Assembly: GCF_009914755.1 (NCBI RefSeq)
Contig: NC_060925.1
Direction: 5' to 3' (one strand)
Source: the human T2T-CHM13v2.0 reference genome, Homo sapiens
Length of the DNA stretch: 64,000 nt
Shown here: in pieces, positions 60,943-64,000 of the stretch
Position numbering within the stretch: position 1 is the stretch's first letter
Layout: each line of letters starts with the position of its first letter
Translations under genes and position numbers: made by a program
The notes under the pieces: generated by a model
Databases searched by the model: none
The model's input: the letters and a program-made list of their open reading frames with translations, nothing else
Told to the model about the DNA's origin: nothing

Positions 60943-62200
60943 GACATCTGGGGCAGCATGAACAAGTGTATTTTGGTGAAGTCTCACCCCTATGGCAGGA
61001 GGAGGTGGCCACTGATGGGGAATTCAGATGTGGGTGCCTTGCTAGGGATGAGCTGGGGGACTCTTATAGTGGGGACTGGGGTTCCTCCAGGCAGCTTTCC
61101 CAGAGAAGCCTGGATTGTTAATCTGCTTCAAGTCAACAAGCCTTTTCTGAACACATGGTGTTTGTCCAGGGCCACTGTTAGGCTCTGGGAGAACAGAGAG
61201 TGCTAGGCCTGTCCCTGATCTTGAGCTGATTAGCCTCACGGAGAAGTCAAGACAAGCAAACTAAACAATCGAAGAAGAATACAAAGCAATATGTAATTAA
61301 GTGATTATGTGCTGCTCGATAGCACCCTCTCTGCAGCTCTTATTTGAACATCAAGACAGAGCTCCAATTATACTTCCTTGGTGAAGCCTTCCCAGAGGTG
61401 GCCCCTCCAGTGATGACCTCTTCTGAGTTCCTGCTGCACTTCCATTCCAGTACTCAGCACAGTCTGTTATTGTTCTTCATTTACGTGTCTGTCTTCCCCA
61501 CTCAACTGTGAGCCCCTTGAAGGCAGGAACCCAAGCTTTTTCTTTGTGTCCACAGGGTCTGACACTCAAAAGTTGTCCCTAGTAAATGTTTCCTAAAGGA
61601 AGAACAAAGGAAAGAACAGAATGAACTCAGAAGAGAGATCAGAGTGGGCTTGATGACTTCACAAAGGAAGTAAGCCTTTACTAGGCCTTAAATTGAAGAA
61701 TGGGATTTGGTTGGAGACAAAGGAGCTGAGGAGGAGACATTTCAGTCAGTGGAAAACATCAAGTACTGGCAGGATATGTTTGTCATATTGGGGGCACAGA
61801 GACCAGAGAGACAAGAAGAAAAATCAAGTTGTGGCCATGAAGTTGGGTAAGCATAATGGGGCTGGGTTGTAGAGCTGTTTGAATTGAATCCTGCCAGCCG
61901 AGGAGGCAGGGCAAAATTTAATCTGGTAGCGATAAGCAGGATGGGGAGGGGAGATGATGGAGATGCCAGAGGTAAGGGGCCCAACCCATAATCAGTGACT
62001 GTTATAATAATTGGAGTGATGTTGGGAGAACATGGACCCAAGTGGTGGCCATGGGAATGGAGAGGAGATATTGTATACAATGGGGATCTCCCAGACCTGG
62101 GCCTGCTGGAGGTCTTGGCAAGAAGGACCCACAGTCTTTCCAGAATAGGCCCAGGCTGGGGTAAGCAAAAAGGAGTTTAGGGAGTTGGGGATGGGAGGGC

Positions 62201-62727
<527 letters not shown>

Positions 62728-64000
62728 AACATTATATTTTTCATGGATCAGGTGTAAAGTTGTTGCTGAGAGACTTAGAGGATTTCTAAGTACGGAAAGA
62801 TGAGACCTGAGATTAGATATATTTTCACTCTCCACAGACAAGTCCAGGAAGTGTTCCTAGAGAATGTGGCAGGGGTGTAGAAAGCAGAAACTATGTATTC
62901 ATTCCAACTTGTAGCTATTTAATAAATGTTTAATAAGTAGTATGGGCACTAAGCTAGTCTTACAATAATATTGTGGAGCTTACTGTCTAGCATAGGTCAG
63001 TGGAAGGCCCCGGTCTAAATAATAGCTCCTATTTTTTAAGCACCCATCTGTGCCAGTCCCTAGAGACTTACTATTTCTGAATCTCAGAAGAACCCTCAGA
63101 AATAGACATTGGCACCCTGATCTGACCGGTGAGGACACTAAGGCTTTCAGGCATAACTTGCCCAAGGAATGGGTGGAACTAGCACGTAGCCCAAGGCCCC
63201 TGTGTCTTGTTGCCTCCAGACCTGAGCCTTTCACTTAGAAACTACATGAGTCTCAAAGATGGGTCAACGAAATAGTTTTTGTCCCTACAACACAGAGCAA
63301 ACATGATATATACAAAGGCAAATGATTAGTGTGTGACAGGGAATGCTGGGGAGAGGAAACAGCAGAGAAATGCTATGAAACCCAGAGCAGCAGGAACTTG
63401 GGCCTCTTCTAGGAATGGTGTAGACCCAAGAAAGGAGGGGCTCGTTTGAGGTTTCTGGAGGAGTCTCTGCCAGGTAGGAACTGAGATGAGATGGGTGATC
63501 CTGGAAGTGGCACAAACACTGAGGGGAATCCCCCAACCTGGGCCTGCTGGAGTTCCTGGCAGGAAGGACCTACCCAGGGTCAGACTTCTTTCCAGGGCCA
63601 AACCCTGCCCAGAGCTGAGGCAAGACCCCTTAGGCTATAGAGATGGGGGTGAAAACAGATGCTTCTCCAATTCTTCCTTTCCTCTTTTCAGTCTGGCTGA
63701 GAATCTGGGGGAGGAAAGTCCCTGGGGTAGAGGGGAAGTGAGAGCTGCCACATTGGGCCTGGGCAGAGGGGCAGAGCTAGGAGATGGAGCTAAGTGTGGC
63801 TTTGCAAGTTGTCTATATTTGCATGCTGAGCTCACTGCTGCTCTTTTTCTCCCCAGAAAATAAAATTACATCATGGTAGGGGGAAGGCAGGAGTGGGGCA
63901 TGTTTGGGAAAGGTGAGAGGCACGCAAGAGGGCCTGAAGGCATCATCCTGGAAAGAGAAGATCCAGGGCTCCTCAAGTCCCCATGTGGCCCCAACCCCTC

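Noticed and set aside
60622-61206. 194-aa ORF in the CASQ1 3' UTR
   Set aside because: It runs through the poly(A) signal, has no recognisable domain and lies in pyrimidine-rich UTR sequence.
63300-64000. Upstream region of the next gene (PEA15 follows CASQ1, from memory)
   Set aside because: No exon or CpG island is visible inside the window, so it cannot be supported from this sequence.

Overview
Human (primate) genomic DNA, Alu-rich. I recognise it as the ATP1A2-ATP1A4-CASQ1 cluster (1q23), with all three genes on the + strand. It holds the last coding exon and 3' UTR of ATP1A2 (Na,K-ATPase alpha2), the complete 22-exon ATP1A4 (sperm Na,K-ATPase alpha4) and the complete 11-exon CASQ1 (skeletal-muscle calsequestrin). 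My exon calls all have GT-AG boundaries and sum to 3090 nt (1029 aa) for ATP1A4 and 1191 nt (396 aa) for CASQ1, so both genes look intact. Almost all other ORFs in the supplied track are Alu-derived or low-complexity artefacts. I found no evidence of a new protein-coding system. The most notable unexplained structures are: (1) an inverted, apparently templated copy of an Alu/LTR junction inside another Alu, bracketing the ATP1A4 promoter and exon 1; (2) a TSD-flanked antisense solo LTR filling most of ATP1A4 intron 1; (3) a ~200-bp palindromic AT-rich block bounded by direct repeats in intron 3; (4) a 5S-rRNA-derived fragment and a non-repeat duplication around exon 16; (5) a ~1-kb CA-rich tract with ~310-bp higher-order periodicity in CASQ1 intron 3. 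Repeat-family names come from memory of consensus sequences, and repeat boundaries are approximate.
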